NCBI RefSeq assembly: GCF_988242995.1
Contig: NZ_OZ547043.1
Direction: 5' to 3' (one strand)
DNA: 64,000 nucleotides
Under the pieces are notes generated by a model. That model was given only the letters and a program-made list of their open reading frames with translations, ran no database searches and was not told the origin of the DNA. Positions 23,639 to 39,129 of this stretch are shown in pieces; within the stretch, counting starts at the first letter, position 1, and the number at the start of each line of letters is the position of its first letter. Position numbers and translations under genes: made by a program.

Positions 23639-24055
23639 TTACGGCAGTGGCGTCGGTAACGGCGCTTTATCCAGCGCGGCGGCACACTCTGCCGTCGGGC
23701 GATCCACACGCTCCATCGTCATACCATCGTACTCAATGGTGTTACCGTCACGCTCAACCTCGTACAGCTCACGTTTTACGGTAACGTTAGTGAGATCATC
23801 AGACATCAATGTCAACTTGCCCGGCACGGCAATCACCCGCTGCCACTGACGGCAATCCAGGGTATCGCCCTCTTTAGTGACAATCAGGCTGCCTATCGCT
23901 TCCGGACTGACCAGCGCACGTTGCGGCCCTTTGGTCTGCCAGTAGCCCGCCAGCCAGTCCGGCGCGGGGGTTTTCACGACATTGTTATAGTTTTCGACTT
24001 CGGCACAGCCCGCCAGCAACATGAGCGCGCTTGCAATTGCGAGTTTTTTCATCAT
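23639..24055 (-). CDS. yedD: lipoprotein YedD
   Basis: 138-aa ORF with lipobox LAGC. Confidence 0.8.
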   Translation of the reverse strand: MMKKLAIASALMLLAGCAEVENYNNVVKTPAPDWLAGYWQTKGPQRALVSPEAIGSLIVTKEGDTLDCRQWQRVIAVPGKLTLMSDDLTNVTVKRELYEVERDGNTIEYDGMTMERVDRPTAECAAALDKAPLPTPLP

Positions 24056-24238
24056 TCGTCCTGCATGAGAAGAAAAGAGGATTGTGGCATTAAAGCCCTG
24101 ATGTCGCCAGCCTTTCCAGGTTCAGAGAGAAATTTGATCTAACTATTATTTTTGTGAATTATTACCCCGAAAATAAATTTGCATGATGTATGATTCGCGA
24201 TTCTTGTTTCAAACCTTCTGAGTTCAGAGGCTACATTC

Positions 24239-25444
24239 ATGTCATGGCAGCAATTCAAACACGCCTGGTTGATTAAATTCTGGGCACCCATCCCTGCGGT
24301 CATCGCGGCGGGTATTCTCTCCACTTACTATTTTGGCATTACTGGCACCTTTTGGGCTGTCACGGGTGAATTTACCCGTTGGGGCGGCCAGCTCCTGCAG
24401 CTGTTTGGCGTCCATGCTGAAGAGTGGGGTTATTTTAAAATTATCCATCTGGAAGGATCGCCATTAACCCGCATCGACGGGATGATGATCCTCGGCATGT
24501 TTGGCGGCTGCTTTGCCGCAGCGCTGTGGGCCAACAATGTCAAACTGCGCATGCCACGCAGCCGTATCCGCATTATGCAGGCCATTATTGGCGGTATTAT
24601 CGCTGGTTTTGGCGCGCGTCTGGCAATGGGCTGTAACCTGGCGGCGTTCTTTACCGGTATTCCTCAGTTCTCGCTGCATGCCTGGTTCTTTGCCATCGCC
24701 ACTGCCATTGGTTCATGGTTTGGCGCACGCTTTACCCTGCTGCCCATCTTCCGTATTCCCGTGAAAATGCAGAAAGTTTCTGCCGCCTCACCGCTGACGC
24801 AAAAACCGGATCAGGCGCGGCGTCGTTTTCGTCTCGGGATGCTGGTCTTTTTCGGTATGCTGGGCTGGGCGCTGCTCACGGCGATGAACCAACCAAAACT
24901 GGGGCTGGCAATGCTGTTTGGCGTCGGCTTTGGTTTACTGATTGAACGTGCGCAAATCTGCTTTACTTCGGCGTTCCGCGATATGTGGATCACCGGACGT
25001 ACCCATATGGCGAAAGCAATCATTATCGGTATGGCGGTGAGTGCCATCGGGATCTTCAGTTACGTACAGTTAGGCGTTGAACCCAAAATCATGTGGGCGG
25101 GACCAAACGCGGTAATTGGTGGTTTACTGTTTGGTTTTGGCATCGTGCTGGCAGGCGGCTGCGAAACCGGCTGGATGTACCGCGCGGTAGAAGGCCAGGT
25201 GCACTACTGGTGGGTCGGTCTGGGCAATGTGATCGGCTCGACGATTCTGGCGTATTACTGGGATGATTTCGCTCCGGCGCTGGCCACCGACTGGGACAAA
25301 ATCAACCTGCTGAAAACCTTTGGCCCGATGGGTGGCCTGCTGGTGACATATTTGCTGTTGTTTACTGCGCTGATGTTGATTATCGGCTGGGAAAAACGCT
25401 TCTTCCGCCGTGCGGCACCGCAGACTGCTAAGGAGATCGCATGA
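24239..25444 (+). CDS. yedE: YeeE/YedE-family inner-membrane transporter (sulfur/selenium compounds)
   Basis: 401-aa polytopic ORF recognised as YedE. Confidence 0.85.
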   Translation: MSWQQFKHAWLIKFWAPIPAVIAAGILSTYYFGITGTFWAVTGEFTRWGGQLLQLFGVHAEEWGYFKIIHLEGSPLTRIDGMMILGMFGGCFAAALWANNVKLRMPRSRIRIMQAIIGGIIAGFGARLAMGCNLAAFFTGIPQFSLHAWFFAIATAIGSWFGARFTLLPIFRIPVKMQKVSAASPLTQKPDQARRRFRLGMLVFFGMLGWALLTAMNQPKLGLAMLFGVGFGLLIERAQICFTSAFRDMWITGRTHMAKAIIIGMAVSAIGIFSYVQLGVEPKIMWAGPNAVIGGLLFGFGIVLAGGCETGWMYRAVEGQVHYWWVGLGNVIGSTILAYYWDDFAPALATDWDKINLLKTFGPMGGLLVTYLLLFTALMLIIGWEKRFFRRAAPQTAKEIA

Positions 25445-25674
25445 AAAATATCGTTCCTGATTACCGCCTTGATATGGTGGGTGAACCCTGCCCTTATCCG
25501 GCAGTCGCAACTCTTGAGGCGATGCCGCAGTTAAAAAAAGGGGAAATCCTGGAAGTGGTGAGCGACTGTCCACAGTCGATCAATAATATTCCACTGGATG
25601 CGCGTAATCACGGCTATACGGTGCTGGATATTCAGCAAGACGGGCCGACCATTCGTTATTTAATTCAGAAGTAA
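25441..25674 (+). CDS. yedF: TusA-like sulfurtransferase-fold protein
   Basis: 77-aa ORF with the CPYP motif (EPCPYPAV); 4-nt overlap with yedE. Confidence 0.85.
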   Translation: MKNIVPDYRLDMVGEPCPYPAVATLEAMPQLKKGEILEVVSDCPQSINNIPLDARNHGYTVLDIQQDGPTIRYLIQK

Positions 25675-25681
25675 TCCCTCA

Positions 25682-25706
25682 TTCCCGCTGTGGCCCACAG
25701 CGGGAA
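25682..25706 (+). terminator. hairpin after yedF (ttcccgctgtgg/ccacagcgggaa), no clear T-run
   Basis: 12-bp perfect inverted repeat read directly. Confidence 0.35.
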
Positions 25707-25780
25707 CATCGTTGCCTCTGACACATAGATTTTACCCGCCCCCTCTCCTATTCTTTTCAGTATGATCTCAGGAGGTTTCT

Positions 25781-26449
25781 ATGTGTGGACGCTTTGCCCA
25801 ATCCCAAACGCGTGAAGATTACCTTGCGCTTCTCGCGGAAGATATTGAACGCGATATTCCCTACGATCCCGAACCCATTGGCAGATACAACGTCGCGCCG
25901 GGAACCAAAGTTCTTCTGCTCAGTGAACGTGATGAACACCTTCATCTGGATCCGGTTTTCTGGGGATATGCTCCCGGATGGTGGGATAAACCGCCGCTGA
26001 TTAACGCCCGCGTAGAAACTGCGGCCACCAGTCGTATGTTTAAACCGCTCTGGCAACATGGTCGGGCAATCTGTTTTGCCGATGGCTGGTTTGAGTGGAA
26101 AAAAGAAGGCGACAAAAAACAGCCTTATTTTATCTATCGCGCTGATGGACAACCTGTTTTTATGGCCGCGATAGGTAGCACACCGTTTGAGCGCGGTGAC
26201 GAAGCCGAAGGATTTTTAATTGTCACTGCAGCAGCAGACCAGGGTCTGGTAGATATTCATGACCGCCGCCCGCTGGTTCTGTCGCCAGAAGCTGCACAGG
26301 AATGGATGCGGCAAGAGATTGGCGGTAAAGAAGCATCAGAAATTGCTACCAACGGCTGTGTGCCAGCAAACCAGTTCACCTGGCACCCGGTATCGCGCGC
26401 GGTGGGTAATATCAAAAACCAGGGAGCGGAGTTAATTCAACCGGTTTGA
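25781..26449 (+). CDS. yedK: SRAP-domain abasic-site processing protein (SOS-response associated peptidase)
   Basis: 222-aa ORF starting MCGRF with the catalytic Cys2; recognised YedK. Confidence 0.85.
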   Translation: MCGRFAQSQTREDYLALLAEDIERDIPYDPEPIGRYNVAPGTKVLLLSERDEHLHLDPVFWGYAPGWWDKPPLINARVETAATSRMFKPLWQHGRAICFADGWFEWKKEGDKKQPYFIYRADGQPVFMAAIGSTPFERGDEAEGFLIVTAAADQGLVDIHDRRPLVLSPEAAQEWMRQEIGGKEASEIATNGCVPANQFTWHPVSRAVGNIKNQGAELIQPV

Positions 26450-26843
26450 TAAGCCAGGAGACTATTGATCAATAATACTGCGTCATAAGAAATCTCTATT
26501 AGACAATAGTAGACGCTCCTTCCACATGCGCCACAAGAAACCTCTATTCCAGTGACACAATTACGCCTGATTATTTCCCTAGCCCGGAATATGAATAAAA
26601 ACATCAACAAAGATTAAATTATTCAAACGTTACTGTTGCGTCTGCGGTCGTAGCAACATCCGACGTGGTGATGAGTGTTAAAAGAGACACTCTGATGTTC
26701 AGAGGGGTTATCGCGTTTACGGATCGTGGATGGCAGAAAACTTTCAGGATCAGGTATCCATTTTAAACCAGAAATTGAGTGAGTTTGCCCCATCCATGCC
26801 CCAAGCGGTGAGATTGGAAGTAATTAACAACAGGTTACAAAAC

Positions 26844-27158
26844 CTACACCTGCATGGACATCACTTCCTGATACGCCGCCACCAGCTTATTACGCACCTG
26901 AATCCCCATTTGCATAGAAACTGAGGCTTTTTGCATATCGGTCATCACATCGTTTAACGCCACGCCGGGTTCACCGAGGGTGAATTTTTCTGCCTGCGTG
27001 CGGGCAGCTGTTTGTGTATCGCTAATGCGATCGAGCGCGGCGTGCAGCTGCCCGGCAAAACTAATGGTCGGTTGCGGCAGTGAATCCTGCGCACGCGCAC
27101 TCATCGCCGTAGCCTGTAACTGGCTGATAACCCCTTCAATCCCCTGTATCGCTGACAT
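26844..27158 (-). CDS. fliE: flagellar hook-basal body protein FliE
   Basis: ORF track 26844..27188; start moved to [15 protein letters not shown] matching the known 104-aa FliE. Confidence 0.9.
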
Positions 27159-27372
27159 TTTCGTCTCCTGGATAATTTCTGGTAACAAAGCCTACCAGTA
27201 AGTCAATAAGATAAAGGCGCTAAATAACAACAAAAAAACGGGTTTATTGGCGGATAGAAAAAAACGAAAGCACAAATAATGGCAGCGTCAATTTTTCGAG
27301 TTTGCTGACCCGGGAGTGAGTCTTGTTCCACTTTGCCAATAACGCCGTCCATAATCAGCCACGAGGTGCGCG

Positions 27373-30697
<3,325 letters not shown>

Positions 30698-30698
<1 letters not shown>

Positions 30699-32071
30699 TG
30701 ACCACGCGCCTGACTCGCTGGCTAACCACGCTGGATAACTTTGAAGCCAAAATGGCGCAGTTGCCTGCGGTACGTCGCTACGGGCGATTAACTCGCGCTA
30801 CCGGGCTGGTGCTGGAAGCCACCGGATTACAATTGCCGCTCGGCGCAACCTGTGTCATTGAGCGCCAGAACGGCAGCGAAACGCACGAAGTAGAAAGCGA
30901 AGTCGTTGGCTTTAACGGTCAACGGCTGTTTTTAATGCCGCTGGAGGAAGTCGAAGGTGTCCTGCCCGGCGCGCGTGTTTATGCCAAAAACATTTCGGCA
31001 GAAGGGCTGCAAAGCGGCAAGCAGTTGCCGCTCGGTCCGGCGTTATTAGGTCGTGTTCTGGACGGCAGCGGTAAACCGCTCGATGGCCTCCCCTCCCCCG
31101 ATACGACGGAAACCGGTGCGCTGATTACCCCACCATTTAACCCGTTGCAACGTACACCGATTGAACATGTGCTGGACACCGGCGTGCGCCCAATCAATGC
31201 CCTGCTTACCGTTGGGCGTGGGCAGCGTATGGGGCTGTTTGCCGGGTCCGGCGTTGGTAAAAGTGTGCTGCTGGGGATGATGGCACGTTACACCCGCGCC
31301 GATGTCATTGTCGTGGGTTTGATTGGTGAACGCGGACGCGAAGTAAAAGATTTTATTGAGAATATCCTCGGTGCCGAAGGGCGTGCACGCTCCGTGGTGA
31401 TTGCCGCTCCGGCGGATGTCTCTCCGCTTCTGCGAATGCAAGGTGCCGCCTATGCCACGCGAATTGCCGAAGATTTTCGCGATCGTGGTCAGCATGTGTT
31501 GCTGATTATGGACTCCCTCACCCGCTACGCGATGGCCCAGCGTGAAATTGCGCTGGCGATTGGCGAACCACCTGCCACTAAAGGTTATCCACCGTCGGTG
31601 TTTGCCAAATTACCGGCACTGGTCGAGCGTGCCGGAAATGGAATTAGCGGCGGCGGCTCGATTACCGCGTTTTATACCGTGCTCACCGAAGGCGATGACC
31701 AGCAGGACCCCATTGCCGACTCTGCGCGGGCAATCCTCGACGGTCACATTGTGCTGTCTCGCCGACTGGCGGAAGCCGGGCACTATCCGGCTATCGATAT
31801 TGAAGCGTCGATCAGCCGCGCAATGACGGCGTTGATCAGTGAGCAACATTACGCGCGAGTGCGCACCTTCAAACAGCTGTTGTCGAGTTTTCAGCGTAAC
31901 CGCGATCTGGTTAGCGTCGGCGCGTATGCCAAAGGCAGCGATCCGATGCTCGACAAAGCCATCGCCCTGTGGCCGCAGCTGGAGGGCTATTTGCAACAAG
32001 GCATTTTTGAACGCGCGGACTGGGAAGCGTCTCTCCAGGGGCTGGAGCGTATTTTCCCGACAGTGTCATAA
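30698..32071 (+). CDS. fliI: flagellum-specific ATPase FliI
   Basis: 457-aa ORF with Walker A GSGVGKS. Confidence 0.95.
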
Positions 32072-32089
32072 CCCAGGAGATAACGGCAG

Positions 32090-32533
32090 ATGGCAGAACA
32101 TGGCGCGCTGGCGACCCTGAAAGATCTGGCAGAAAAAGAGGTAGAGGATGCCGCGCGCCTGCTGGGTGAAATGCGTCGCGGATGTCAGCAGGCGGAAGAA
32201 CAACTCAAAATGCTGATCGATTATCAGAATGAATATCGCAATAACCTCAACAGCGATATGAGTGCTGGGATGACCAGCAACCGCTGGATCAACTATCAGC
32301 AGTTTATCCAGACGCTGGAAAAAGCCATTACTCAGCATCGCCAGCAACTTAATCAGTGGACGCAGAAAGTTGATATTGCCCTGAACAGCTGGCGAGAAAA
32401 GAAACAACGTTTGCAGGCCTGGCAGACACTGCAGGAACGGCAATCCACGGCGGCACTGCTTGCAGAAAACCGCCTCGATCAGAAAAAGATGGATGAGTTC
32501 GCCCAGCGCGCCGCCATGAGGAAACCTGAATGA
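32090..32533 (+). CDS. fliJ: flagellar export protein FliJ
   Basis: 147-aa coiled-coil ORF recognised as FliJ. Confidence 0.9.
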   Translation: MAEHGALATLKDLAEKEVEDAARLLGEMRRGCQQAEEQLKMLIDYQNEYRNNLNSDMSAGMTSNRWINYQQFIQTLEKAITQHRQQLNQWTQKVDIALNSWREKKQRLQAWQTLQERQSTAALLAENRLDQKKMDEFAQRAAMRKPE

Positions 32534-33657
32534 TTCGCTTAGCGCCCTTGATTACCGCCGACGTTGACACCACCACATTGCCTGGCGGCAAAGCCAGCGA
32601 TGCTGCACAAGAATTTCTCGCGTTGTTGAGCGAAGCATTAGCAGGCGAGACAACTACCGACAAAGCGGCCCCCCAGTTGCTGGTGGCAACAGATAAGCCC
32701 ACGACAAAAGGCGAGCCGCTGATCAGCGATATTGTTTCCGACGCGCAACAAGCGGATTTACTGATCCCTGTGGATGAAACACCGCCTGTCATCAACGACG
32801 AACAATCCACATCAACACCATTAACAACCGCTCAGACAATGACGTTGGCTGCGGTGGCTGACAAAAATACGACAAAAGACGAAAAAGCGGATGATCTGAA
32901 TGAAGACGTCACCGCAAGCCTGAGCGCCCTTTTTGCGATGTTGCCGGGTTTTGACAATACGCCCAAAGTGACTGATGCGCCGTCAACCGTGTTACCGACA
33001 GAGAAACCAACGCTCTTCACAAAACTGACTTCTGAGCAACTCACAACAGCACAGCCTGATGACGCCCCCGGCACACCAGCTCAGCCATTAACACCGCTGG
33101 TAGCAGAAGCCCAGAGTAAAGCGGAAGTCATCAGCACACCTTCACCGGTGACCGCTGCCGCCAGCCCGCTAATCACTCCACACCAGACACAGCCACTGCC
33201 CACCGTCGCCGCACCTGTTTTGAGTGCACCGCTGGGTTCTCACGAATGGCAACAATCATTAAGCCAGCATATTTCGCTGTTCACCCGCCAGGGGCAACAA
33301 AGTGCAGAGTTGCGACTGCACCCACAGGATTTAGGTGAAGTGCAAATCTCCCTCAAAGTGGATGATAACCAGGCGCAAATCCAGATGGTTTCACCGCATC
33401 AGCATGTACGCGCCGCCCTGGAAGCAGCGCTGCCGGTACTGCGTACGCAGCTGGCCGAAAGTGGCATTCAGTTAGGGCAAAGCAACATCAGTGGCGAAAG
33501 CTTTAGTGGTCAGCAGCAGGCCGCTTCCCAACAACAGCAAAGCCAACGCACAGTAAACCATGAACCTCTGGCGGGGGAAGACGACGATACGCTTCCGGTT
33601 CCCGTCTCTTTACAAGGGCGCGTAACAGGCAACAGCGGCGTTGATATTTTCGCCTAA
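32530..33657 (+). CDS. fliK: flagellar hook-length control protein FliK
   Basis: 375-aa Pro/Thr/Gln-rich ORF recognised as FliK. Confidence 0.9.
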   Translation: MIRLAPLITADVDTTTLPGGKASDAAQEFLALLSEALAGETTTDKAAPQLLVATDKPTTKGEPLISDIVSDAQQADLLIPVDETPPVINDEQSTSTPLTTAQTMTLAAVADKNTTKDEKADDLNEDVTASLSALFAMLPGFDNTPKVTDAPSTVLPTEKPTLFTKLTSEQLTTAQPDDAPGTPAQPLTPLVAEAQSKAEVISTPSPVTAAASPLITPHQTQPLPTVAAPVLSAPLGSHEWQQSLSQHISLFTRQGQQSAELRLHPQDLGEVQISLKVDDNQAQIQMVSPHQHVRAALEAALPVLRTQLAESGIQLGQSNISGESFSGQQQAASQQQQSQRTVNHEPLAGEDDDTLPVPVSLQGRVTGNSGVDIFA

Positions 33658-33761
33658 CGTCAGAGGTAGCACCGTAATCCGCGTCTTTTCCCCGCTTTGT
33701 TGCGCTCAAGACGCAGGATAATTAGCCGATAAGCAGTAGCGACACAGGAAGACCGCAACAC

Positions 33762-34226
33762 ATGACTGATTACGCGATAAGCAAGAAAAGCAAGCGATCG
33801 CTTTGGATCCCGATTCTGGTATTCATTACCCTCGCGGCCTGTGCCAGCGCAGGTTACAGCTACTGGCATTCGCATCAGGTTGCCGCTGACGACAAAGCGC
33901 AGCAACGCGTCGTGCCCTCACCGGTCTTCTATGCGCTGGATACCTTTACGGTCAATCTGGGCGATGCGGATCGCGTGCTTTATATCGGCATAACCTTGCG
34001 CCTGAAAGATGAAGCTACCCGCTCGCGGCTGAGTGAGTATTTGCCGGAAGTCCGTAGCCGTTTGCTGTTACTGTTTTCGCGTCAGGATGCTGCCGTACTG
34101 GCGACAGAAGAAGGCAAGAAAAACCTGATTGCCGAGATTAAAACCACACTTTCCACCCCGCTTGTTGCCGGGCAACCGAAACAGGATGTCACCGACGTGC
34201 TGTATACCGCTTTTATTCTGCGATAA
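33762..34226 (+). CDS. fliL: flagellar basal-body-associated protein FliL
   Basis: 154-aa single-TM ORF recognised as FliL. Confidence 0.9.
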   Translation: MTDYAISKKSKRSLWIPILVFITLAACASAGYSYWHSHQVAADDKAQQRVVPSPVFYALDTFTVNLGDADRVLYIGITLRLKDEATRSRLSEYLPEVRSRLLLLFSRQDAAVLATEEGKKNLIAEIKTTLSTPLVAGQPKQDVTDVLYTAFILR

Positions 34227-34230
34227 CGAC

Positions 34231-35235
34231 ATGGGCGATAGTATTCTTTCTCAAGCTGAAATTGATGCGCTGTTGAATGGCGACAGCGAAGTCAAAGACG
34301 AACCGACAGCCAGTGTTAGCGGCGAAAGTGACATTCGTCCGTACGATCCGAATACCCAACGACGGGTTGTGCGCGAACGTTTGCAGGCGCTGGAAATCAT
34401 TAATGAGCGCTTTGCCCGCCATTTTCGTATGGGGCTGTTCAACCTGCTGCGCCGTAGCCCGGACATTACCGTCGGGGCCATCCGCATTCAGCCGTACCAT
34501 GAATTTGCCCGCAACCTGCCGGTGCCGACCAACCTGAACCTTATCCATCTGAAACCGCTGCGCGGCACAGGGCTGGTGGTGTTCTCGCCGAGTCTGGTGT
34601 TTATCGCCGTGGATAACCTGTTTGGCGGCGATGGACGCTTCCCGACCAAAGTGGAAGGTCGCGAGTTTACCCATACCGAACAGCGCGTCATCAACCGCAT
34701 GTTAAAGCTGGCGCTTGAAGGCTATAGCGACGCCTGGAAGGCGATTAATCCGCTGGAAGTTGAGTACGTGCGTTCGGAAATGCAGGTGAAATTTACCAAT
34801 ATCACCACCTCGCCGAACGACATTGTGGTTAACACGCCGTTCCATGTGGAGATTGGCAACCTGACCGGCGAATTTAATATCTGCCTGCCATTCAGCATGA
34901 TCGAGCCGCTACGGGAATTGTTGGTTAACCCGCCGCTGGAAAACTCGCGTAATGAAGATCAGAACTGGCGCGATAACCTGGTGCGCCAGGTGCAGCATTC
35001 ACAGCTGGAGTTGGTCGCCAACTTTGCCGATATCTCGCTACGCCTGTCACAGATTTTAAAACTGAAACCCGGCGACGTCCTGCCGATAGAAAAACCCGAT
35101 CGCATCATCGCTCATGTTGACGGCGTTCCGGTGCTGACCAGTCAGTACGGCACTCTCAACGGTCAGTATGCGTTACGGATAGAACATTTGATTAACCCGA
35201 TTTTAAATTCTCTGAACGAGGAACAGCCCAAATGA
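34231..35235 (+). CDS. fliM: flagellar motor switch protein FliM
   Basis: ORF track 34129..35235; start moved to MGDSILSQAEIDALLNG. Confidence 0.9.
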   Translation: MGDSILSQAEIDALLNGDSEVKDEPTASVSGESDIRPYDPNTQRRVVRERLQALEIINERFARHFRMGLFNLLRRSPDITVGAIRIQPYHEFARNLPVPTNLNLIHLKPLRGTGLVVFSPSLVFIAVDNLFGGDGRFPTKVEGREFTHTEQRVINRMLKLALEGYSDAWKAINPLEVEYVRSEMQVKFTNITTSPNDIVVNTPFHVEIGNLTGEFNICLPFSMIEPLRELLVNPPLENSRNEDQNWRDNLVRQVQHSQLELVANFADISLRLSQILKLKPGDVLPIEKPDRIIAHVDGVPVLTSQYGTLNGQYALRIEHLINPILNSLNEEQPK

Positions 35236-35645
35236 GTGACATGAATAATCCGGCCGATGACAACAACGGCGCAATGGACGATCTGTGGGCTGAAGCGTTG
35301 AGCGAACAAAAATCAACCAACAGCAAAAGCGCTGCCGACGCGGTGTTCCAGCAATTTGGCGGTGGTGATGTCAGCGGAACGTTGCAGGATATCGACCTGA
35401 TTATGGATATTCCGGTCAAGCTGACCGTCGAGCTGGGCCGTACGCGGATGACCATCAAAGAGCTGTTGCGTCTGACGCAAGGGTCCGTCGTGGCGCTGGA
35501 CGGTCTGGCGGGCGAACCACTGGATATTCTGATCAACGGTTATTTAATCGCCCAGGGCGAAGTTGTCGTAGTCGCTGATAAATATGGCGTGCGGATCACC
35601 GATATTATTACCCCGTCTGAGCGAATGCGTCGCCTGAGCCGTTAG
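35232..35645 (+). CDS. fliN: flagellar motor switch protein FliN
   Basis: 137-aa ORF recognised as FliN. Confidence 0.9.
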   Translation: MSDMNNPADDNNGAMDDLWAEALSEQKSTNSKSAADAVFQQFGGGDVSGTLQDIDLIMDIPVKLTVELGRTRMTIKELLRLTQGSVVALDGLAGEPLDILINGYLIAQGEVVVVADKYGVRITDIITPSERMRRLSR

Positions 35646-36013
35646 TGATGAATAACCACGCTACTGTGCAATCTTCCGCGCCGGTTTCTGCTGCGCCACT
35701 GCTGCAGGTGAGCGGCGCACTCATCGCCATTATTGCCCTGATCCTCGCTGCTGCCTGGCTGGTAAAACGGCTGGGATTTGCCCCTAAACGCACTGGCGTT
35801 AACGGTCTGAAAATTAGCGCCAGTGCTTCGCTGGGCGCGCGTGAACGGGTCGTGGTGGTCGATGTGGAAGATGCACGGCTGGTGCTCGGCGTTACCGCAG
35901 GGCAAATCAATCTGCTGCATAAACTTCCCCCTTCAGCACCAACGGAAGAGATACCGCAGACCGATTTTCAGTCGGTCATGAAAAACTTGCTTAAGCGTAG
36001 CGGGAGATCCTGA
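35645..36013 (+). CDS. fliO: flagellar biosynthesis protein FliO (start GTG/ATG uncertain)
   Basis: 122-aa single-TM ORF recognised as FliO. Confidence 0.85.
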   Translation: MMNNHATVQSSAPVSAAPLLQVSGALIAIIALILAAAWLVKRLGFAPKRTGVNGLKISASASLGARERVVVVDVEDARLVLGVTAGQINLLHKLPPSAPTEEIPQTDFQSVMKNLLKRSGRS

Positions 36014-36750
36014 TGCGTCGTTTGTTGTCTGTCGCCCCTGTCCTTCTCTGGCTGATTACGCCCCTCGCCTTCGCGCAACTGCCGGGTATCACCAGCCAGC
36101 CGCTGCCTGGCGGTGGACAAAGCTGGTCGCTCCCGGTGCAGACGCTGGTGTTCATCACCTCGTTGACGTTTATTCCGGCAATTTTACTGATGATGACCAG
36201 TTTCACCCGCATCATCATTGTTTTTGGTTTATTGCGTAACGCGCTGGGAACACCCTCCGCGCCACCTAACCAGGTATTGCTGGGGCTGGCACTGTTTTTG
36301 ACCTTTTTTATTATGTCGCCAGTGATCGACAAAATTTATGTCGATGCGTACCAGCCATTCAGCGAAGAGAAAATATCAATGCAGAAGGCGCTGGAAAAAG
36401 GGGCGCAGCCGCTGCGTGAGTTTATGCTGCGTCAGACCCGTGAGGCAGATTTAGGGTTGTTTGCCAGACTGGCGAATACCGGCCCGTTGCAGGGACCTGA
36501 AGCCGTGCCGATGCGCATTTTGCTCCCGGCCTACGTGACCAGCGAGTTGAAAACCGCATTTCAGATAGGCTTCACGATTTTCATCCCTTTTTTGATTATC
36601 GACCTGGTGATAGCCAGCGTGTTGATGGCATTGGGGATGATGATGGTTCCCCCCGCCACCATTGCTCTGCCCTTTAAACTGATGCTGTTTGTACTGGTGG
36701 ATGGTTGGCAATTGCTGGTCGGTTCGCTGGCGCAGAGCTTTTACAGCTAG
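36013..36750 (+). CDS. fliP: flagellar export gate protein FliP
   Basis: 245-aa ORF with signal peptide, recognised as FliP. Confidence 0.95.
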   Translation: MRRLLSVAPVLLWLITPLAFAQLPGITSQPLPGGGQSWSLPVQTLVFITSLTFIPAILLMMTSFTRIIIVFGLLRNALGTPSAPPNQVLLGLALFLTFFIMSPVIDKIYVDAYQPFSEEKISMQKALEKGAQPLREFMLRQTREADLGLFARLANTGPLQGPEAVPMRILLPAYVTSELKTAFQIGFTIFIPFLIIDLVIASVLMALGMMMVPPATIALPFKLMLFVLVDGWQLLVGSLAQSFYS

Positions 36751-36759
36751 AGAGGCAAA

Positions 36760-37029
36760 ATGACACCTGAATCGGTCATGATGATGGGGACTGAAGCGAT
36801 GAAAGTCGCGCTGGCACTGGCTGCCCCGCTGTTGCTGGTGGCGCTGGTCACGGGCCTTATCATCAGTATTTTGCAGGCCGCCACGCAGATTAACGAAATG
36901 ACGCTGTCGTTTATTCCAAAAATCATCGCCGTATTTATTGCCATTATTATTGCCGGACCGTGGATGCTCAATCTGTTGCTGGATTACGTCCGCACCTTGT
37001 TCACTAACCTGCCGTATATCATCGGGTAG
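36760..37029 (+). CDS. fliQ: flagellar export gate protein FliQ
   Basis: 89-aa ORF recognised as FliQ. Confidence 0.9.
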   Translation: MTPESVMMMGTEAMKVALALAAPLLLVALVTGLIISILQAATQINEMTLSFIPKIIAVFIAIIIAGPWMLNLLLDYVRTLFTNLPYIIG

Positions 37030-37036
37030 CCGTACT

Positions 37037-37822
37037 ATGTTGCAGGTGACAAGCGAACAATGGCTATCCTGGTTAAGCCTGTACTTCTGGCCGTTACTGC
37101 GCGTGCTGGCGCTGATCTCCACCGCGCCGATTCTGAGCGAACGCAGCGTACCGAAACGGGTAAAACTGGGTCTGGCAATGATGATCACGTTCGCCATTGC
37201 CCCATCATTACCTGCCAACAATGTTCCTGTTTTTTCGTTCTTTGCTCTGTGGCTGGCCGTGCAGCAGATCCTGATCGGCATTGCGCTTGGTTTTACCATG
37301 CAATTTGCCTTTGCCGCTGTGCGAACCGCTGGCGAAATTATCGGTCTGCAAATGGGGCTGTCATTTGCGACATTTGTCGATCCGGCCAGCCATCTCAATA
37401 TGCCTGTTTTAGCGCGTATCATGGATATGCTGGCGTTACTACTGTTCCTGACATTTAACGGTCATTTATGGTTGATTTCACTGCTGGTCGATACCTTTCA
37501 CACCCTGCCAATTGGTGGCGAACCGTTGAACAGCAATGCGTTTCTGGCACTCACCAAAGCAGGGAGTTTGATTTTCCTTAACGGGCTGATGCTGGCGTTA
37601 CCGCTCATTACTCTGCTGCTGACACTGAATCTGGCATTAGGTTTACTTAATCGTATGGCCCCGCAATTATCCATTTTTGTTATTGGATTTCCATTAACTC
37701 TGACTGTCGGTATCTCTTTAATGGCGGCATTAATGCCGTTAATTGCACCTTTTTGCGAACATTTATTCAGTGAGATGTTTAATTTGCTGGCTGATATTAT
37801 TAGTGAATTGCCATTAATATAA
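37037..37822 (+). CDS. fliR: flagellar export gate protein FliR
   Basis: ORF track 36938..37822; start moved to [21 protein letters not shown]. Confidence 0.9.
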   Translation: MLQVTSEQWLSWLSLYFWPLLRVLALISTAPILSERSVPKRVKLGLAMMITFAIAPSLPANNVPVFSFFALWLAVQQILIGIALGFTMQFAFAAVRTAGEIIGLQMGLSFATFVDPASHLNMPVLARIMDMLALLLFLTFNGHLWLISLLVDTFHTLPIGGEPLNSNAFLALTKAGSLIFLNGLMLALPLITLLLTLNLALGLLNRMAPQLSIFVIGFPLTLTVGISLMAALMPLIAPFCEHLFSEMFNLLADIISELPLI

Positions 37823-38111
37823 TTCCGTAACGTTTATCATGTTATCCTAAGGATTATCCGAAAAATAATACCTACGAACATCTTCCAGGATACTCCTGCG
37901 GCGAAATATTTGTTTTAAGGTCACTCACATATCGCAACATTTACTTTACTTTAAGACAATTCCAGGCAAATTATACAACACTTTACGGGATAGTAAGTCC
38001 GCCTGAAAAATCGCGAGAGTGGCGCATTAGGTGACCCATGTTGTTCCGTTTAGTCATGATGAAATATTCAGGTAAGGGGAATTATCGTTACGCATTGAGT
38101 GAGGGTATGCC

Positions 38112-38735
38112 ATGTCAACGATTATTATGGATTTATGTAGTTACACCCGACTAGGTTTAACCGGGTATCTGTTGAGTAGAGGGGTTAAAAAAAGAGAAAT
38201 CAACGACATTGAAACCGTTGATGACCTTGCCATAGCTTGTGATTCACAGCGCCCTTCAGTGGTGTTTATTAATGAGGACTGTTTCATCCATGATGCTTCT
38301 AACAGTCAGCGCATCAAGCACATCATTAATCAACATCCCAATACGTTATTTATCGTTTTTATGGCAATTGCCAATGTTCATTTTGATGAATATCTATTGG
38401 TCAGAAAAAATTTATTGATCAGTTCTAAATCGATTAAACCGGAATCTCTCGACGATATCCTTGGCGATATTCTGAAAAAAGAGACAACGATAACCTCTTT
38501 TTTAAATATGCCGACGTTATCATTGAGCCGAACCGAATCGAGTATGTTGCGAATGTGGATGGCAGGTCAGGGAACCATTCAAATCTCTGACCAAATGAAT
38601 ATCAAAGCCAAGACCGTTTCATCGCATAAAGGTAATATTAAACGTAAGATCAAAACGCATAATAAACAGGTTATCTACCATGTCGTCCGACTGACGGATA
38701 ATGTGACTAATGGTATTTTTGTCAACATGCGCTAA
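38112..38735 (+). CDS. rcsA: capsule synthesis regulator RcsA (LuxR-type, RcsB auxiliary)
   Basis: 207-aa ORF recognised as RcsA. Confidence 0.9.
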   Translation: MSTIIMDLCSYTRLGLTGYLLSRGVKKREINDIETVDDLAIACDSQRPSVVFINEDCFIHDASNSQRIKHIINQHPNTLFIVFMAIANVHFDEYLLVRKNLLISSKSIKPESLDDILGDILKKETTITSFLNMPTLSLSRTESSMLRMWMAGQGTIQISDQMNIKAKTVSSHKGNIKRKIKTHNKQVIYHVVRLTDNVTNGIFVNMR

Positions 38736-38778
38736 CACATTCTGACTGGTGGTTTCCCACCAGTCAGGCTGAATAAGA

Positions 38779-39057
<279 letters not shown>

Positions 39058-39129
39058 CTATACTTAAGAGATGCCAGGCGGACTTAACGACTGGCGGCAA
39101 CAACAGAGTAACGGTTGCGAGGAAAGATG

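Noticed and set aside
26730-26924. 64-aa ORF in the yedK–fliE gap
   Set aside because: Its 3' half overlaps the fliE coding region on the other strand, there is no convincing RBS, and the translation is His-rich and low-complexity.
32530-33657. Low-complexity Pro/Thr/Ala/Gln-rich tract in the middle of a 375-aa ORF, as a possible repeat or novel element
   Set aside because: This is the normal flexible central region of the hook-length control protein FliK.
36451-37422. 323-aa minus-strand ORF antisense to fliP/fliQ/fliR
   Set aside because: Fully overlaps three well-supported flagellar export genes; the His/Gln/Arg-rich translation is typical of antisense frames in GC-rich coding DNA.
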